64,000 nt of DNA from Candidatus Melainabacteria bacterium RIFCSPHIGHO2_02_FULL_34_12 (GTDB lineage: Bacteria > Cyanobacteriota > Vampirovibrionia > 2-02-FULL-35-15), in contig MFRM01000003.1 of assembly GCA_001784555.1 (NCBI GenBank), positions 188,615 through 252,614 on the forward strand, given 5' to 3'. The position numbers and the translations under genes were made by a program. Positions 62,168-64,000 of the stretch are shown piece after piece (positions within the stretch are counted from its first letter, which is position 1; the number at the start of each line of letters is the position of its first letter). Below the pieces are notes generated by a model, which saw nothing but the letters and a program-made list of their open reading frames with translations, was not told the DNA's origin and ran no database searches.

Positions 62168-62932
62168 TCATTCTGCTTTTGCCTCTGCCTCATTATGGTC
62201 TGCACTTGCATCTGCTGCTTCTGGTGTATGAGCATTTGCATCACCTTTTGCACGAGTGAAAAATCCAACAATTCCTGCACCTATTCCAAGAGTGCCAAAA
62301 ATTATTCCAGCCCATTTTTGTACAGGTCTCATATAGCTTGAAATGAATCCACCAATGCCGCTTAAAGTTAAGAGCCCGCCTATGAGTTCTACAGGATTAC
62401 GTTTTATAATAAATGCCGAAATTGATTCAAAAAAACCTTCTGGATTAATTTCTTCAAGTATGTTATTTAATTTTGCCTGTGTTGCATCATAGCCCTTTGA
62501 TAAACTGTCAAGAACAAGAGCAAGAGGGGCTCTCCATTTTGGAATAATACTGTCATCATCTCCCTCTTTTTGTTTTGCTTCACTAAAAAATCCTACGCCT
62601 GCTGCTCCAATACCCAATGCTCCAGCTATTATTCCACCCCATTTTTTTATCTTTTTTGGAATAAGGCTATAAAGATACTGTGATCCACCCCAAACAGTTA
62701 ATATTCCTCCAATTAATTCAGGAATACTTCTTGTCATAATAAATAAAGCAATCGGAGCAAGCAAACCTGGCAAATCGCCTTCCCTGGCAAAGTCAGCTTT
62801 GACCTTTTCTTTATCTTTGAATGCATGTGCCATCTCATTCAAGTCTGCTTGGGTATTTTTACCTGCAATAAGAGAAATAAGTGGTGCTCTCCACTTTGGT
62901 ATTGTTACAGAACCCGGCCCGTCAACTGGCAT
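62168..62932 (-). CDS. Internally duplicated Gly-zipper membrane protein
   Basis: 254 aa. Two copies of 'IPKWRAPL...ELIGG(I/L)LT..G...(Y/F).S......KW(G/A)GII.G.LGIGA..VGFF..AK'. Confidence 0.5.
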   Translation of the reverse strand: MPVDGPGSVTIPKWRAPLISLIAGKNTQADLNEMAHAFKDKEKVKADFAREGDLPGLLAPIALFIMTRSIPELIGGILTVWGGSQYLYSLIPKKIKKWGGIIAGALGIGAAGVGFFSEAKQKEGDDDSIIPKWRAPLALVLDSLSKGYDATQAKLNNILEEINPEGFFESISAFIIKRNPVELIGGLLTLSGIGGFISSYMRPVQKWAGIIFGTLGIGAGIVGFFTRAKGDANAHTPEAADASADHNEAEAKAE

Positions 62933-63060
62933 CTTTATTAATTTCCTATATAAATTTCTAAAATAAAAAAGTTAAATAACATTATCTGTTTTGATACTAC
63001 AAAACATAGGTTAAGAAAATCAGGTTAAGTTAACTTAGATAAGGAATATTTTAGGATTAA

Positions 63061-64000
63061 TTAATTTTTGCTCCTTGCTCCCTGCCTCATTCCTCTTCTT
63101 ATTAATTCTCTTTCAATCATCCTTAAAATTTGCTGTTTATTTCTTCTACCATTGTCTTGTTGTGCCCAAAGTGGTGCAATTAATTCGCCTGGTTTTGCTT
63201 CTGCAAAAAGCCTGTGAATAACGATATCGGGCTGTAGTATTTCTAAAAAATCACAGACCAGATTTATGTACTCATCAAGTTCAAGTGTTTTAAAAAGTCC
63301 TTCATTATATTGCTGTGCAATTTTTGTTTTCTCTAGAACTAAGAGCTGGTGAATCTTTATAGCATCTATGGGTGAGCCTGCAAGTTTTTTCATGGTCTCA
63401 TAAAACATTTCTTTAGTTTCACCTGGTAGTCCAAAAATAGTGTGAGCACAGACGATTAAATCTCTTTTTTTTGCACGATAAAGTGCATTAAAAAAATCAT
63501 CTCCTGTATGTGCTCTGTTTATAAAATCCAGAGTACTGTCATGAACAGTCTGAAGACCAATATCCAGCCAGATTTCTACTTTATTTTTATATGTTTCAAT
63601 TAAATCCAGAACTTCATCAGAAAGACAATCCGGCCTTGTACCAATTGCTAAAACCACTACGTCAGGATGAGAAATAGCTTCATCATATATTTTTTTTAGC
63701 TTTTCAACAGGTGCATATGTGTTCGTAAATGACTGAAGATAAGAAATAAATTTCTTAGCGCCAAATCTTTTTGAAAAAAGTTTTATTCCATCTTCTAATT
63801 GTTTAGAAATCGGAGCATTTATATCAAATGCTCCTGCACTGCTTCCATCTGCTGTACAAAAAGTACATCCTCCAAATGCTTTTTTACCGTCACGGTTTGG
63901 ACAGTCAAGGTTTGCTTCGAGGGTAATTCGCTGTACTTTTGTGCCAAATCTTTTTTTCAAATAAGAGCTAAGACTGTGGTAAAGAAATGTAGGGGCAGGA
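63061..64000 (-). CDS. TIGR01212-family radical SAM protein (5' end runs off the window)
   Basis: 'LDCPNRDGKKAFGGCTFCTADGS', 'LAIGTRPDC', 'IWLDIGLQTVHD'. The reading frame stays open upstream of the listed start to position 64000 ('..FLYHSLSSYLKKRFG'). Confidence 0.85.
   Translation of the reverse strand, partial: PAPTFLYHSLSSYLKKRFGTKVQRITLEANLDCPNRDGKKAFGGCTFCTADGSSAGAFDINAPISKQLEDGIKLFSKRFGAKKFISYLQSFTNTYAPVEKLKKIYDEAISHPDVVVLAIGTRPDCLSDEVLDLIETYKNKVEIWLDIGLQTVHDSTLDFINRAHTGDDFFNALYRAKKRDLIVCAHTIFGLPGETKEMFYETMKKLAGSPIDAIKIHQLLVLEKTKIAQQYNEGLFKTLELDEYINLVCDFLEILQPDIVIHRLFAEAKPGELIAPLWAQQDNGRRNKQQILRMIERELIRRGMRQGARSKN

Overview
AT-rich bacterial chromosomal window, about 33% GC by eye, with about 60 credible CDS. 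All homology calls rest on motif recognition from memory; no searches were run. An isolated nuoH-I-J-K (ndhA-I-G-E order) operon, ClpC, a short RpoD-like sigma factor and Lnt suggest a diderm, possibly a non-photosynthetic cyanobacteria-related (Melainabacteria-like) organism. That lineage call is weak inference.

Layout:
(1) 1..8960 is a mosaic of integrated elements. It holds a DpnII-family GATC endonuclease, an XRE regulator, a Toprim/VirE-type primase-helicase, an RHH protein, a PIN-like nuclease and an AAA/DUF4143 ATPase. Three direct copies of the 3' end of a tRNA-Pro(UGG) gene punctuate it. The intact tRNA and any integrase are not in the window.
(2) 9.4..15.6 kb holds two large hypothetical proteins and ispH.
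(3) 15.6..17.1 kb is a cassette flanked by two identical 109-bp MITE copies. It encodes a Gly-rich secreted protein and an unusual single-chain tandem CsrA.
(4) 17.2..25.0 kb is the most interesting region. It is a co-directional seven-gene locus with five paralogous about 200-aa secreted WxL-like subunits, a 914-aa usher-like outer-membrane protein and an Ig-like chaperone/DUF916-like protein.
(5) 25..64 kb is mostly housekeeping: nuoHIJK, clpC, folP, etfA/etfB, Nudix hydrolases, nnr, lnt, ruvC, HD-GYP, a NarL-type two-component system, secG, pyrK, a DpnA-like GATC methyltransferase, a sigma-70 factor, an MFS transporter, malic enzyme, aroA, a RAYT/IS200-like transposase and a TIGR01212 radical SAM protein.

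Several GC-rich repeat families stand out against the AT-rich background:
- A 109-bp MITE with 5-bp target-site duplications.
- GTAG-type REP palindromes. One sits in-frame inside etfB and one inside the RAYT gene.
- Octanucleotide arrays (about GNNNCGGC x4-5). These lie after three of the fibre-subunit genes and twice in-frame inside folP.
- Two hairpins with different stems but a nearly identical 19-nt loop.
- Two classic TIR-MITEs.

No rRNA, intact tRNA or CRISPR array was seen.
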